Translations under genes and position numbers: made by a program
Origin: a virus
Taxonomy: Duplodnaviria > Heunggongvirae > Uroviricota > Caudoviricetes
Direction: 5' to 3' (one strand)
Length of the DNA: 5,522 bases
IMG/VR virus record: IMGVR_UViG_2667527792_000001
Location: 1 to 5,522 of that record
The notes under the pieces: generated by a model
Seen by the model: only the letters and a program-made list of their open reading frames with translations
What the model was told of the DNA's origin: nothing
Database searches by the model: none
Part shown: one piece after another, positions 5,331-5,522 of the stretch
Layout: each line of letters begins with the position of its first letter
Numbering within the stretch: position 1 is the first letter of the stretch

Positions 5331-5522
5331 ATTTTATATCAAAGATAACGAACAGGCAGGACGCCCACGAAGTAGCCGCCGGTGGCGTATGAATGACCGG
5401 ATTGNNTCNNTNNNTGGAAATCAGCCAATGATTCGCGTTCGCCTACCAGAATGACTTTCAGCTTCAATGGCATCGAAGGCACAGAGACGGGGAGAGGGCG
5501 CGACTCATCAAACGCAACCCAG

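Noticed and set aside
1-5522. Insertion sequences, transposase or integrase genes, tRNA or rRNA genes
   Set aside because: No transposase or integrase-like ORF, terminal inverted repeats or tRNA-like structure was recognisable. The attachment site and integrase, if present, lie outside this window.

Overview
This window reads as the immunity, replication and nin-region segment of a defective lambdoid prophage from an enterobacterial genome, abutting a chromosomal SDR oxidoreductase gene at the left edge. Position 1-657 (+) is the 3' part of an SDR gene. From 4527 down to 704, a single leftward operon encodes a Cro/YdaS-like HTH protein, a CII/YdaT-like regulator, a hypothetical protein, a lambda-O-like replication initiator carrying an in-gene iteron array, a small hypothetical protein, a phage Dam-family N6-adenine methyltransferase, a LexA DNA-binding-domain-only protein and a RusA resolvase that is cut short. 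A divergent CI-like repressor (HTH plus S24 peptidase with Ala-Gly, Ser and Lys intact) lies at 4625-5251 (+). No Q, lysis, structural, integrase or helicase-loader genes are present; the prophage appears to end inside rusA. The most notable sequence-level observations are a 14-bp operator-like palindrome (CTAAG-N4-nTTAG) present three times, the 15-bp iterons inside the replication gene, and an in-frame amber stop splitting an otherwise continuous ORF upstream of dam. I found no self-contained novel system in the window; the region right of cI, where accessory genes usually sit, runs off the window and contains ambiguous bases. All protein-family assignments are from reading motifs by eye, not from database searches.
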